This document shows positions 33,801 to 43,401 of a stretch of DNA of 64,000 nucleotides, one piece after another (the first letter of the stretch is position 1; each line of letters begins with the position of its first letter). Location of the stretch: the IMG/VR virus record IMGVR_UViG_3300032282_005033, positions 15,501 through 79,500 of that record, one strand, 5' to 3'. The notes beneath the pieces were generated by a model. That model was not told the DNA's origin. It saw only the letters and a list, made by a program, of their open reading frames with translations, and searched no databases. The DNA is from a virus. The translations under genes and the position numbers were made by a program.

Positions 33801-36800
33801 CTCCAAAAATTCTTTTAAAACCTGGTCTTACTACGTTAGCATATTTACTGACTGAACTTGCGCCTATGTTAGTTATAGTTTGACTAGAGTACGGATTAAC
33901 TAATCCTTTAAGGGCACTGCCAAATGCGCTATTGACATCTCTTTCAGCAATAATGCTTCTAAGCGAACTTGATGCATTTGCACCAAATTGCATTCCTTCT
34001 TGATGAGTTGAAAAAGCACTAATGTTTAACAGGATTGAAAGACCTGCCGCTCTTGCTTCAGTTAGTTGTGCTGGTGATATTAAATTTTGTTTTTTTAATT
34101 CTGATAAAGCTTGTTCTAATTCAATTGCTATTGCTGAAGGATTACCTGCACTTTTTTCAAATGCATGCATTTCGATAAGAACTTTATGCAATTGGTTTTG
34201 TAAATAATCTTGTCTTGTTCTAATTGTTGGAGATCTTGATCCGGTTTCTTTTAATGAAAGATTTGTAGAATTTTCTAATTCATTTACCAACGAATTAACA
34301 GATTTGGTTAAACCCCTTCCATTTACATTTCTAGCGGCAAGTGCTTGTTTAAGCGACGCATATCTTTCTGATACACCCTGTATTGCTGCTCTAAGTTCTG
34401 GTTCTGTGGTTATTTCACTTGCGTGCTTGAATACACCACCGCCAACATCTAATTTAGGCAAACTTAAAGTTTTTTCATTTTCTTTCATGACACGCACTGT
34501 CATTGCGCGTTTTTGTGCATCTTCTCTTAAGCTATCAAATGCTGCTAATATTGTATTGTGATCATGTACTTGTCTTCCAGCTTGATCAACCGTACTAATT
34601 GATGTACCATCTACTTTAAAGCTTAGTGTTCTACCGTTACCAGTTTGGATTGTTCCTTCGCTTATTAATCTTGCTAAAACTGTTGGGTTATTTATATCCG
34701 TTTTTCTATTGCGAAATCTTCCAAATTTTCTTATAAGTGAGTTTGGTTGTTCTTCACCTATATCAAATGCTCGTCTTATTTTTTCAAATCTACTTAATGG
34801 AGTGCCGGTTTGCATTTCTTCTACTTCAGAAGTTCTTACACCTTCTGCGCCAGTAGCTAATCTTGCGGCTCTTGAATATAGGTCTGTTGATACAGAAGAG
34901 TATCTCTTATATAAACCAAATTTTTCATCTAATTCAGTTTGGATTCCGCTTCTAGTTACACCTACTATGGAACCCTTGTCTCCAAAAAGTCCACCTTTTT
35001 GTTTAACCCAAGCATAGACGTTTGGTGCTTCTCCAGTTTCTCCTAAGAAATTTTGTCTTGAAGATCCTGAAATGAATTGGAATTCTTCTCCAACCCTTAC
35101 GTTATTTGGTCCACCAAGACCAATCATTTGGAGTGGGTTAAAGTTAACTACTGGTATTTTTACATCATCGGTTAAACCACCAAAAAAAGAAGATATTCCT
35201 TTTCTTAATATTGATGTATCAATAACTTTTCCAGATTTAGTTTCATATACACCAGTTAAGTTAGAGAAACCAATTGTTTTAGAAATGGGATCATTAATAG
35301 CAATTTCGGCAAATAATCTTCTTGCTGCTATTCTTTGTTCTGGAGTATTATATTCTAAAACTCCTTTATCAAATGCTTCGTCTACAGATAATGGTTTTAA
35401 TCCAAATAAGTTAAACCCACCACGGCTAGAGGCATTTGTCATCAATTTTGCATCGACTAAGTGCTGCTTAAGTTGATCTGTGTCCGTCGCATCGAGGCCT
35501 CTTTTTGCTAATTCGTCATGTATGTAACTAGTAGATACGTAAGTTCCATCGTTTTCAACAATTTTTATGCCTACCGATTGAGCAGTTTTTCTTACTAAAT
35601 ATTCTTGCTTTGATGGACTAAGTGGTCCAGAAAAATCTCCAAATATTGCTTTTTGTGGTCTGACAATTTTGTTAGCTTGAGGTATTAAAATTTGTTTTCT
35701 AAAGTCTTGAAAAGCTAATTGAGATCTTTCTCTTAAAAGTTTTCTATAACTTTCATCAGTGAAGGCAACATTGGTTTGGGTGAACGCATCCTTAATAGTG
35801 TTGAAAGCAAAATTTTTAGCTTTTGATCCTAATTCCTTTTGAGCTTTTTGTATTAGTTTTTGATAAAACTCATCATCATTTGTTTCTCCAGATATTATTC
35901 TTCTGATGCCATAAGATATTTCTGCTTTATTTGAACCAGAAACAGATGGTAGTTTTTTTATTCCAATACCAGAAACAAATTCTTCTGCCGTTTTTTTATC
36001 AATTCCTCTTCTTGTTAAATTACGTATTAATGTCTTTTGATATGCGTCTCTTTCAAAAGCAGAAGTAAATGAACCAGGTTTACCTAAAGCCTTATCTGGA
36101 TCTATTGTATCAGTAGCGGCTAAAGATCCATTTATAAAACTTGAAAATCTACTTTGATGTTGTGCTTTAAGATCTCTTATTGCTCCAGTAAGCATTGCGC
36201 TTGCTTTATTTGGATCTCCAGAAGATCTTCTCAATCCTTCGTTAAATGATATCGCTCCAGATATAACATCATAGGCATTGCGTCCAGCTTTATATTGCTT
36301 AGCAAATGTTCTTAGTCCTGTTGGTAAACCTTTGATTGAAGAAAAAGAATCTAATACACCAAGATAAGTTTCATCATTATCTTGCATACCAAACATGTAT
36401 GCTTTAGCGAACTTAGATGCTTGCCTAAGCTTTCCTTCTCCACTTAACTCAGAAGCTGCTCTTGCAGTTTTTGCGCCTTTTCTGGCTTGTTGCATTGAGA
36501 ATAATAAACCGCCATCTCTAGCAGTTGCTTCAGAAACAGATTTTTCCATTGCATATCCAGCAGAAGCGCTTATTCTAGATGCTTGTACCAACATCTTTTC
36601 TGTGTCCTGACCAAAGGACTCCATAATTGTTTTAAGATCTGCTATTTTATTAGAGGTTCTTCTTTGATTGGCCGTCAAAGGCATTGGATGATCAAGGTAC
36701 GGTGCATTACCCAACATTCTTAGATGGTCAACTGCTGCGCCGGCTACTGCATTTGGGACTACTACTTTTGTAATATTTCTAACTGATTGGGTTACAAAAT

Positions 36801-37479
36801 CAGTTATTACGTCAGCTGGGTTGTACCATTTAACTTTTGGTCTGTCGTCGTTATTACCAAATAAAGGATCTGTTACAACTCTTTGAACAGCATACGTGAC
36901 GGGAAGGGCTATGGCTAAACTTCTTGATGCGCGCACCAATCTTTGCTGTACTGCGTCTCTATATGACCACATAGCTGCTGGTTCTTTACCAGCAGCTGCG
37001 CTCCTGAATTCCTTCAATGTCATCCATGTTGCACCATCGGATACAGTATTAGCTCCGGCAAGTCTAGTTAAAACTGGTTGTATTACTGACTTATCGGCTT
37101 TTTCAAAAAACAGTCTAGAGTAAGGATCGGAAATTCCTTCTACAGTTCTATTTACGCCCTCTAATTCGTCTAAAGCTTTTTTAATTTGGAGGGCTGTTTT
37201 TACAGCTGTTCTACCTATTTTTGAACCGCTATCAGAAGCTCTCTGAACGGTCTTAGCTAAGCTTAGGCCACCTTTCTCCATTTGCTTCGTAAGAACGAAT
37301 GTAGCAGCCATTGTAGCGGCTGTGGAGGCGACATAACGCAGTATAGGCTTATCGTGGAGAGCTCTTGAAAGAAGCCCGCTATTAGAACTGGGCCTTTCAT
37401 TTTCTTTATCTGTTTCTGGCACGTCACGTGAGGTGACACCATAGCCTATATTATGCAGTGGGATCTTATCTCTAAACAA
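30865..37479 (-). CDS. Putative tape measure / large ejected tail protein (2204 aa)
   Basis: Very long, basic, Ala/Gly-rich ORF with hydrophobic segments, immediately downstream of two tail chaperone-like genes. TTG start. Confidence 0.6.
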   Translation of the reverse strand: MFRDKIPLHNIGYGVTSRDVPETDKENERPSSNSGLLSRALHDKPILRYVASTAATMAATFVLTKQMEKGGLSLAKTVQRASDSGSKIGRTAVKTALQIKKALDELEGVNRTVEGISDPYSRLFFEKADKSVIQPVLTRLAGANTVSDGATWMTLKEFRSAAAGKEPAAMWSYRDAVQQRLVRASRSLAIALPVTYAVQRVVTDPLFGNNDDRPKVKWYNPADVITDFVTQSVRNITKVVVPNAVAGAAVDHLRMLGNAPYLDHPMPLTANQRRTSNKIADLKTIMESFGQDTEKMLVQASRISASAGYAMEKSVSEATARDGGLLFSMQQARKGAKTARAASELSGEGKLRQASKFAKAYMFGMQDNDETYLGVLDSFSSIKGLPTGLRTFAKQYKAGRNAYDVISGAISFNEGLRRSSGDPNKASAMLTGAIRDLKAQHQSRFSSFINGSLAATDTIDPDKALGKPGSFTSAFERDAYQKTLIRNLTRRGIDKKTAEEFVSGIGIKKLPSVSGSNKAEISYGIRRIISGETNDDEFYQKLIQKAQKELGSKAKNFAFNTIKDAFTQTNVAFTDESYRKLLRERSQLAFQDFRKQILIPQANKIVRPQKAIFGDFSGPLSPSKQEYLVRKTAQSVGIKIVENDGTYVSTSYIHDELAKRGLDATDTDQLKQHLVDAKLMTNASSRGGFNLFGLKPLSVDEAFDKGVLEYNTPEQRIAARRLFAEIAINDPISKTIGFSNLTGVYETKSGKVIDTSILRKGISSFFGGLTDDVKIPVVNFNPLQMIGLGGPNNVRVGEEFQFISGSSRQNFLGETGEAPNVYAWVKQKGGLFGDKGSIVGVTRSGIQTELDEKFGLYKRYSSVSTDLYSRAARLATGAEGVRTSEVEEMQTGTPLSRFEKIRRAFDIGEEQPNSLIRKFGRFRNRKTDINNPTVLARLISEGTIQTGNGRTLSFKVDGTSISTVDQAGRQVHDHNTILAAFDSLREDAQKRAMTVRVMKENEKTLSLPKLDVGGGVFKHASEITTEPELRAAIQGVSERYASLKQALAARNVNGRGLTKSVNSLVNELENSTNLSLKETGSRSPTIRTRQDYLQNQLHKVLIEMHAFEKSAGNPSAIAIELEQALSELKKQNLISPAQLTEARAAGLSILLNISAFSTHQEGMQFGANASSSLRSIIAERDVNSAFGSALKGLVNPYSSQTITNIGASSVSKYANVVRPGFKRIFGAAPYQVGELTQNELGNAGTTFVPTFGTVLERRARGQVTTAGVFGSVIGANSYSSPSTFSAASIPAIHLVDRLNRGLGMVGLGLSNDYSGPLNQYGLGLIGKRALPIAVGAAALITADRTIGGFTRKKDARGQRVYSPYFGTKIARGIVEAQSIMAGIIPGGQNYGETKEQLLNGEVPVRQGRYWPLGITPFKGGKVLYYRPSYYRRMQSGSQYTSDSYGTPLEKFAFGYDFSPLRPFDPYRFERKHYEDRPYPVTGNYFTGPFGPAVPLLNATVGKILKPNIRMHTNATSNALANYVPAGMQGAYDPSGLLSSGKVNINAGQPGAYIATGGSGAGGGFGYGMGGGYGSSQVAGYQIGAYNQKLSRGAKNNLHTARNISFNTISSYNQGYVQAGQYGPPPVPGYIPPRIVPSGKPINESGGKMQRSELGYRVQEMSGIYGFGFSSLRETFGYGQKDFQPNRAVLESADRAYGTTRAFWDLNLGGLGDTPGALGGLELSEITRRFIPKRRNDISYINDIPNTVGLKHPFLPGSDYFINFKTGDPFSKVQEGELRLPGVAFERLNPTRTNYNDPITQLKILGDVAPYSRQYRALDRQLGMGGLDPGDRVETQKIRDQVAQTTQKNDFTPYKYKYTSAKELGIKNSAKVVANFGEYLAHRDTFINNKFFPNRTAQEDWERRNVYGTSFVEWKRPIDSFIKPIYNKATQRNPITAGLIAAGAGSLFGKTATTKAVGSLIGFTTGVTYASYAKAHQAVTNERFIPKDRRKQLALEEYMDMLTFVKNKSLALEANQAGDMQAANQFEQASKRTMYGADIYGSPIDTLALAIPKRKREHFKAMINAPEQERASILSTAPRLERRIFEAAWGMPVEKKPDLIEYFSRHELPNMSWEGWHPNTSMESIKIKVGDSMGINMSQMGYYPQQIREANLINASYPDYEKEEKPKNIAARLRMLMSRNGISGSVSPVMNTGGRSSINISAGVF

Positions 37480-37498
37480 GGACGATTACCCTTCTACT

Positions 37499-38125
37499 CT
37501 ATCTAGCACCCCATAGCTTTTGGGCAACTGGGTCGCTAAACTTAGCTTCGCCTTCTTTTCTAGATTGGTCATAGCGTCTAGCCTTATCTTCCAACTTTGC
37601 TTGCTCTTCTTCTGGGTCTATCAATTGCAATGTTATATTGGTTGATTCAACACCAGCAATTGCTTGTTTAATCTCCATTATTTTTTCAGACAAGGCAACT
37701 TTTTCCGCCAGTTTAGTATACGTTAAGTTATCTAAATCCTCAGGAGAGTATGCTGTTATAGTAGCCAGTACAAAGGCTTTCATTAAGCTTCTAACTTGAG
37801 CAGCTTGCTCTCTTTTTTGGTCTAAAACAAATTTAGCTTTGGATGGAGAAGCAAAACCAGATTCCTGCAAAATTTCTTCTGCCAAAGAAGATACAAGACC
37901 AGCTGGATAACTATCTAGATTAATACTTTCGGGATATATGACTGCAGATTTTATAATTAAATCTTCTATTTCAGCTGAAGATTCTCCAGAAATTTCGTAT
38001 TCTGTAATCTTATCAAACTCTGCGAATGTTAGTTCACGAAATATTATTGTATCTCTTTTAAGAGAGGTCTCAAAAATAGATCCATATTTTTCTTTTAATT
38101 TATATAATATTTCTGGATCTAACAT
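37499..38125 (-). CDS. Tail assembly chaperone-like protein 2
   Basis: LKEKYGSIF...IIFRELTFAEF...AGLVSSLAEEILQESGF is paralogous to the upstream gene; position before the tape measure. Confidence 0.65.
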   Translation of the reverse strand: MLDPEILYKLKEKYGSIFETSLKRDTIIFRELTFAEFDKITEYEISGESSAEIEDLIIKSAVIYPESINLDSYPAGLVSSLAEEILQESGFASPSKAKFVLDQKREQAAQVRSLMKAFVLATITAYSPEDLDNLTYTKLAEKVALSEKIMEIKQAIAGVESTNITLQLIDPEEEQAKLEDKARRYDQSRKEGEAKFSDPVAQKLWGAR

Positions 38126-38129
38126 ATGA

Positions 38130-38639
38130 TTAGAGTTGTCTTACCTCAAGAGCTAAGAATCCAGAAGCCTCTAGAACCTCTTGTGAGATCAGAGAAGGAA
38201 GACCAGCCATTTCTGATACTAAAGACTGCTTGTCATAAGCGGGATACAAAACACAAATTTCTGCTATTGCCTCTTCGTTCCAAAGATTTGCTTCGCCCTG
38301 TGTTAATTGTCCAGCTTGGACTAATTGTTCCATTTTCTTAACAAGATTTTTGTATTCAAGTCTATTTAAAGTTCTCCAAGCAATGTGCTTATCATAGGTA
38401 ATTGATGTTACATAAACATCACCATATTCTCTTTTCCACATCTTTATCTGACCAGCGGTTGGTCCACCTGGCCAAATGAATTCATCGTCCGGAAGATCTT
38501 CGATACTAAGCGCTTCTTCGGGCTGAACGTCTTCAACTTGATCAACAGTTTCTTCCACTATTATAAAGGCTTCATCTGCACCAGTTTCTTCAATAATATC
38601 TGGAGCTTCTTTAATTACAACTTTTCTTGCTTCGTTCAT
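38130..38639 (-). CDS. Tail assembly chaperone-like protein 1
   Basis: WKREYGDVY...IAWRTLNRLEY...AGLPSLISQEVLEASGF; acidic N-terminus; lies between the tube genes and the tape measure. Confidence 0.65.
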   Translation of the reverse strand: MNEARKVVIKEAPDIIEETGADEAFIIVEETVDQVEDVQPEEALSIEDLPDDEFIWPGGPTAGQIKMWKREYGDVYVTSITYDKHIAWRTLNRLEYKNLVKKMEQLVQAGQLTQGEANLWNEEAIAEICVLYPAYDKQSLVSEMAGLPSLISQEVLEASGFLALEVRQL

Positions 38640-38670
38640 ATCTTCTCCTGTTTAATACATGTATTTAATT

Positions 38671-38681
38671 ATTATATCACA
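38671..38681 (-). promoter_or_regulatory. Extended -10 promoter TGTGATATAAT
   Basis: TGn+TATAAT ~30 nt upstream of the chaperone ATG; an identical 11-mer occurs at 51259-51269. Confidence 0.6.
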
Positions 38682-38682
38682 A

Positions 38683-39732
38683 TTATCTTGGATCATTATT
38701 TCTGGCTAGATCTCTTCTAGTTAAAAGTTCTTCTTCAGTTGGCGGCTTAGATGTTGTTAACGGACTTGTAGCCTTAGAACCAGATTGGTCATTAGCTGTT
38801 ATAATACCATTTGGTGGGTTCTTTAATTTGCCATCAGATATATACATATCTCTTGCAGTAAATTGATATACTTCAATTAACGGATTCCCACCAGGAGCAT
38901 AAGCTGTAGACATTGAACTTAAATGAACACTTTGCAAAACAATATCCATAGGATTACTGTTTTTTTGCGAAAGTCTATCATTAAAATCTAATGACATTAG
39001 TCTGTCTAACATGTCATAATTATCATCTGGCTGAGAACCCTGGTTTCTTGCAACTGTTGTCATAGAACCTTCTTGGGCTCCATGTTTAATAATTAAGTTA
39101 AAAGGTGGATGGGCACTAAATATATTTCTTTGATCTGAGTTTCTATTATCATAACTTAATCTATCTAACTGACTGTTTGCCCAATACTTTTGTATATTTT
39201 GTTCGTCTTCTTGACTTTCACCATTTGATCTTAAATAAGATTGAACTTGTGAAGTTGGTTTTTCTGAATAAAATGAAGTTCTTGCTTCCGCTGCTTTACT
39301 CAAAAGATCCCTCATCTTACCGGGATATCTAGTATAAATTGCAAGTTCTCCTGTAACTATTCTTGAACCAACCATCATTACATCGTAATTATATGACCAG
39401 AAACCATATAGTGGGGATTTTTGTTGAGTAATCCCAAAAGAAAAAGAAGCTATATCTAATTCATCACCAGCATCAAATAAACCATCTATATAAACTTTTA
39501 CATCTTCACCCGTAAAAAAGTAATCATAATACATATTAAATTTATCTGCGTCGTCTGCTTTACCAGCCCATTGCAGATCAATATCTTCATTAAGCGGATC
39601 AAATGATTTTGGTAAAACCCTAGAAAAACTATCTCCGTTTCTACTAAAGGTTATATCGGGTGGTAGATACGCGCTAAATGGTCTAAATGGTTTACGACCA
39701 ACTATATTGCTGTAGTCATTTTGTTCTGCCAT
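38683..39732 (-). CDS. Tail tube-like paralog 3 (possible tube initiator)
   Basis: YFFTGEDVKVYIDG, SFGITQQKSPLYG...GSRIVTGELAI, HPPFNL and YQFTARD parallel the tube motifs of the two upstream genes. Confidence 0.6.
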   Translation of the reverse strand: MAEQNDYSNIVGRKPFRPFSAYLPPDITFSRNGDSFSRVLPKSFDPLNEDIDLQWAGKADDADKFNMYYDYFFTGEDVKVYIDGLFDAGDELDIASFSFGITQQKSPLYGFWSYNYDVMMVGSRIVTGELAIYTRYPGKMRDLLSKAAEARTSFYSEKPTSQVQSYLRSNGESQEDEQNIQKYWANSQLDRLSYDNRNSDQRNIFSAHPPFNLIIKHGAQEGSMTTVARNQGSQPDDNYDMLDRLMSLDFNDRLSQKNSNPMDIVLQSVHLSSMSTAYAPGGNPLIEVYQFTARDMYISDGKLKNPPNGIITANDQSGSKATSPLTTSKPPTEEELLTRRDLARNNDPR

Positions 39733-39733
39733 A

Positions 39734-40483
39734 TTATATTGGTTTCGCTATTCTGTCTATAAAAGTTGTATATTCTTTCATTTTATCTTCGCCATAATAA
39801 TTTTCTTGTCTTTGTTTGTAGACTGCGCTTTCACCTTCTTCTGACCCAAGAAGCATTGGGTCATAGTCCATAGAAATTAACGGTTGTATACCCCTGGCCA
39901 TAAACGTGTATGTTTGTTCTGTTATTAAGTCGTCAACAGACATAGTCTGTCCTTCATCAACTATTGTAACACCATAGATTTTCATTTTTGCGCCAAGTCC
40001 GTACTCATTAAAAAATGTTAATACTATATCAAATGGCGGCAGCATGTCTGCCAGTGGAGCAAAGAACAAACCACTTTGAGACATCATATGTCTATATTCT
40101 TTTATTCTATAAAAAGCGTATTCATTAAATACCGTGAATATTAAAGAACCAGCTATTGTTCTACCGCCCTTAACAAAACCTCGTGGATTTACATGGCCCA
40201 ATGTTCTAACTGGTGAATTTTCCCTGTGTATAGAATAAGATATTGTTTGCACTTCCGCTAATTCAAGAACATCCATTTCTCCTATTGTTCCATTTACTCT
40301 GTCTATATTTGGAATAACCATTGTTGCAGATATGTCAGTGCCTGCAAAAGACATGTTAGAAAACGGATCAGGAAGACCTTTTTCAACGCGGGCTTTGCTT
40401 AAGGTACTTTGATCATAAAGACTTTTTCTTCTGTGGTATGGACCAAAGTCATATTTTATTGGTTGAGGATCAATTATGTTCAT
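39734..40483 (-). CDS. Tail tube-like paralog 2
   Basis: SFAGTDISA, ISYSIHRENSPVRTLG...GGRTIAGSLIFTVF and ADMLPPFDIVLTFFNEYG; clearly paralogous to 40568..41266. Confidence 0.7.
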   Translation of the reverse strand: MNIIDPQPIKYDFGPYHRRKSLYDQSTLSKARVEKGLPDPFSNMSFAGTDISATMVIPNIDRVNGTIGEMDVLELAEVQTISYSIHRENSPVRTLGHVNPRGFVKGGRTIAGSLIFTVFNEYAFYRIKEYRHMMSQSGLFFAPLADMLPPFDIVLTFFNEYGLGAKMKIYGVTIVDEGQTMSVDDLITEQTYTFMARGIQPLISMDYDPMLLGSEEGESAVYKQRQENYYGEDKMKEYTTFIDRIAKPI

Positions 40484-40503
40484 ATTATCCTATCTTAGTT
40501 TAT

Positions 40504-40545
40504 AAAAAAATATGGAGGACAAAGGTTTCCCCCGTCCTCCATATT
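40504..40545 (-). terminator. Intrinsic terminator after the major tube gene
   Basis: 12-bp perfect stem AATATGGAGGAC/GTCCTCCATATT (40509-40520 / 40534-40545) running into a T-tract on the minus strand. Confidence 0.85.
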
Positions 40546-40567
40546 ACTTACTTTTTATTGTTTAAAC

Positions 40568-41266
40568 TTATGGTCTGATTATCTTAGGATTCAAACCAGC
40601 CTCAGAAACAGTATCTTTGTTTATTATGTCTCTAAGGTCACCAGTATTAAACTTGCCGCTAGACAATTGGTCAGTTGTAATTCTATACATCGGACCTATT
40701 TCTCTAGCAACGTAAGTCATCGTTTCTTCAATAACAATGTCATCCATCGAAGCGCCAGAACCTTCGTTAAGAAGTTCAACACCATAGATCGAGCGCACTG
40801 CACCTTGGCCATATTCGTTAGCAAAGGTTATCGTTATATCAAACGGAGGAATTTGGTCAGCGTAGAATGGAACCTGTGATACTACGTCTGAGTCCTGTGA
40901 ACTGAACTCAGCAATACCGCGCTTGTGTCCAACATCACCTGGAAGAGTATTATGTCTTCTGGTGTAGAACAATTGTGGGTTATCTTTCTGATGGTTTGCA
41001 TCAAGCATCTGATAAAGAGCTGGACGATCAAACACTGTAAAAATCAGTGATCCTGCAATACCACGCTTGCCTCTTGAAAATGATCTTGGGTTTGGTGAAC
41101 CCATTGTGTAGATAGGAGCTTTTTCTCTTGTGACGGAGAAAGTAATTCCTGAAAGAGCACCGATTTCAATGCCACCAAAAGTAGCAACGATATCTGCGCC
41201 AGAAAATGTGGTGTAAGTATTTAGATACTTATTAACCGCACTATCGTAGTAGTCTGAACCAGCCAT
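40568..41266 (-). CDS. Major tail tube protein
   Basis: Directly downstream of the sheath, strong GGAGG RBS, followed by a terminator; TFSGADIVA, ITFSVTREKAP...GKRGIAGSLIF. Confidence 0.75.
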   Translation of the reverse strand: MAGSDYYDSAVNKYLNTYTTFSGADIVATFGGIEIGALSGITFSVTREKAPIYTMGSPNPRSFSRGKRGIAGSLIFTVFDRPALYQMLDANHQKDNPQLFYTRRHNTLPGDVGHKRGIAEFSSQDSDVVSQVPFYADQIPPFDITITFANEYGQGAVRSIYGVELLNEGSGASMDDIVIEETMTYVAREIGPMYRITTDQLSSGKFNTGDLRDIINKDTVSEAGLNPKIIRP

Positions 41267-41306
41267 ATTATACCCTCCAATTCGGTATTTTAATTATATG
41301 TTTTTA

Positions 41307-42575
41307 TTATGCAGTTACAGCGACTTGAACTTCAATGTTCTTGATTTCAAACGCTGGTGTGAGCACGAGGTCAACAAACGCCTTGTTTTCTGCTGGCCAG
41401 TAACTTACTGTAAAGTCACTGTCGAGCAAGGCACCTACTTGTTGCATGCCGCGCAATGCCGAAGTAATTGCTGTCTCCATTGAGTTACGTGTCTGTAACG
41501 TTGAAGCCTCGCCAACAAACTTCGAGCAAACTTGTCTAACCAACAGAGCAGCCTCGGTGACTATTCTCATGGTCGAAATTCTTGTGTAATCTGAAGTAGC
41601 TGCTGCCATTGTCAATCCCTCTACGAACACAGGTACTTTATTGAAATTCAATGCAATAAAGTTAACTCCAAGGTCTGATAAACCACCTTGCTGAGTTCTT
41701 GTAGGATTGTAACGGAGTGAAGCTACGTTATAAGCTGTCTTGTTTACTGGTGAAGTAAAGGATGACATTCTGCTAATTGCTGCTGCAAATGCACATGCGC
41801 CATTAGCGTAACCCCATTCTGCTGGGTAGTTAACTGGCTTGACTTCAGTCGCAATAACAACAACGTGTCTACCAATTTCCGACATAGCATCTGAATCTCT
41901 GCTAATTAAGTTAGCAGGGCCTGCACCGGAATTATAAACATGAGTTGATACTTGTGCTGGTGTCATAAATTGGGTTGTGCCAATGTATGGCTTAATTCCC
42001 ATAACAGCAAAGCATGCGTGTGAATTTTCCGAAATTTCTTTAACTTTTGTAGCAACTTTGAGAGCAAAGCTACCCGATCCAGTACCGTTGTTGGCGTAAA
42101 AACCAAATCCAGTTCCAGTGGTCAATGTATTTGGAGTTGCTCCGTCAACATCCCACTCTTCCGGATGACCAGAACGGCCCCAAGGAACGATAATGTCTGG
42201 TTGACCAGCTTCTGCTGCTTCAAATGCGGCGTCAAAAACGTTTCCGCCACCTGTTGCTGCATAAGTTGCGCTGGTTATTGCACCAGTGGTATAGTTAAAT
42301 GTTGAGTCTGCTGGAAGTGGAACGATGAAAATTCTTTCTGCGCCACCTTGTACCAATTCATAGTATCCCCTATGAACATCGGAATCTTTTCCGAATGCAG
42401 TGATAACATCTTGTTCAGTGGTAGCCTGAACTACGTCAAGATCCTTAACGTTGCCAGTTCCATCTGCGGTTCCTCTTACAGCAATAAGAACCACTCTAGG
42501 TCCTACAGGAGTATCCTGACGAGAAATGCTATAAAATCTATCTTTTACTATTGTTTTTACACCTGGTAGAGCCAT
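41307..42575 (-). CDS. Tail sheath protein
   Basis: MALPGVKT start; C-terminal YTRISTMRIV...KFVGE...VDLVLTPAFEIKNIEVQV sheath pattern; GGAGGT RBS. Confidence 0.85.
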   Translation of the reverse strand: MALPGVKTIVKDRFYSISRQDTPVGPRVVLIAVRGTADGTGNVKDLDVVQATTEQDVITAFGKDSDVHRGYYELVQGGAERIFIVPLPADSTFNYTTGAITSATYAATGGGNVFDAAFEAAEAGQPDIIVPWGRSGHPEEWDVDGATPNTLTTGTGFGFYANNGTGSGSFALKVATKVKEISENSHACFAVMGIKPYIGTTQFMTPAQVSTHVYNSGAGPANLISRDSDAMSEIGRHVVVIATEVKPVNYPAEWGYANGACAFAAAISRMSSFTSPVNKTAYNVASLRYNPTRTQQGGLSDLGVNFIALNFNKVPVFVEGLTMAAATSDYTRISTMRIVTEAALLVRQVCSKFVGEASTLQTRNSMETAITSALRGMQQVGALLDSDFTVSYWPAENKAFVDLVLTPAFEIKNIEVQVAVTA

Positions 42576-42622
42576 TGTCCTTTAGACCTCCGCTTGCAGC
42601 AAAACTTATTTTTACTTCAAGA

Positions 42623-42632
42623 ATATAGTAAT
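42623..42632 (-). promoter_or_regulatory. Putative late promoter motif ATTACTATAT
   Basis: The exact 10-mer is also intergenic at 46617-46626 and 63192-63201, each time upstream of virion genes. Confidence 0.6.
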
Positions 42633-42663
42633 GGGTAGTATTTCAAAACAAACTACATAAATA

Positions 42664-43401
42664 TTATGAATTTGGTGTAGCGCCTTGGTATAGGTCAATA
42701 ATATTTAAATCTGTTCCCTCAGTTGAAGGGGTTGAATGGCTATAATATTGGTCCCAAATTTCTTTTTCATAAGCCATATATCTTCTTACATCTATGGCTA
42801 TTTCTTCTATTTTGTTAACTTCCATAGCAAACAGCTTTTCAGTAGTTAACATATAGCTAACAGTTCTTTTATTAACGTCTTCAGACCCTCTATTTTCTTC
42901 TGAATCAGACAGTCTTCTAGCGTAAACTAATTCAGAAGCTCCTAATCTTTTAAAAACTGGAGTATACTCTAACATAAAATCCTCAAAAGCTTCTATTATT
43001 TGTTCCGCGACTTCTGGTCCAGAACTTCTTCCAGTAGTCCCTTTTAACTTACTTCCTTCAGTTGTTTCTGTAATAACAGTAAAGGTTATTACATTTTGAA
43101 ATCTTTGTCCAAAAACTGCTACATCCTTATTAGGGGAAATTCTAGTTCTGGGCTTTGGTTCTGTTGAATGAGCTTTTCTTAATTCTAAGCCATAAACTAT
43201 GACTGGATAATGGACATAATCACCAGACTGTGTTGGTTTTATTTTAATATCTGGATATGCGTTTTCCCAAAGGGCTTTAACAGCAGTTATAAATTCTAGA
43301 TAACTTAAGTTGCCCTGCGCTTGTAGTGGCGCGCCAAACATTCTATCGTAGTCTATTTCATTTACATTAGAAGCTGGAAATCTTATTTGGTTCTGTGGCA
43401 T
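42664..43401 (-). CDS. Putative tail terminator/neck protein
   Basis: Position before the sheath; alpha/beta pattern (YPVIVY...QNVITFTV...AEQIIEAFEDFM). Confidence 0.5.
   Translation of the reverse strand: MPQNQIRFPASNVNEIDYDRMFGAPLQAQGNLSYLEFITAVKALWENAYPDIKIKPTQSGDYVHYPVIVYGLELRKAHSTEPKPRTRISPNKDVAVFGQRFQNVITFTVITETTEGSKLKGTTGRSSGPEVAEQIIEAFEDFMLEYTPVFKRLGASELVYARRLSDSEENRGSEDVNKRTVSYMLTTEKLFAMEVNKIEEIAIDVRRYMAYEKEIWDQYYSHSTPSTEGTDLNIIDLYQGATPNS

Noticed and set aside
37499-38639. Classical tail-chaperone -1 programmed frameshift
   Set aside because: No slippery heptamer was seen near the first stop; the second gene has its own ATG and is a full-length paralog.
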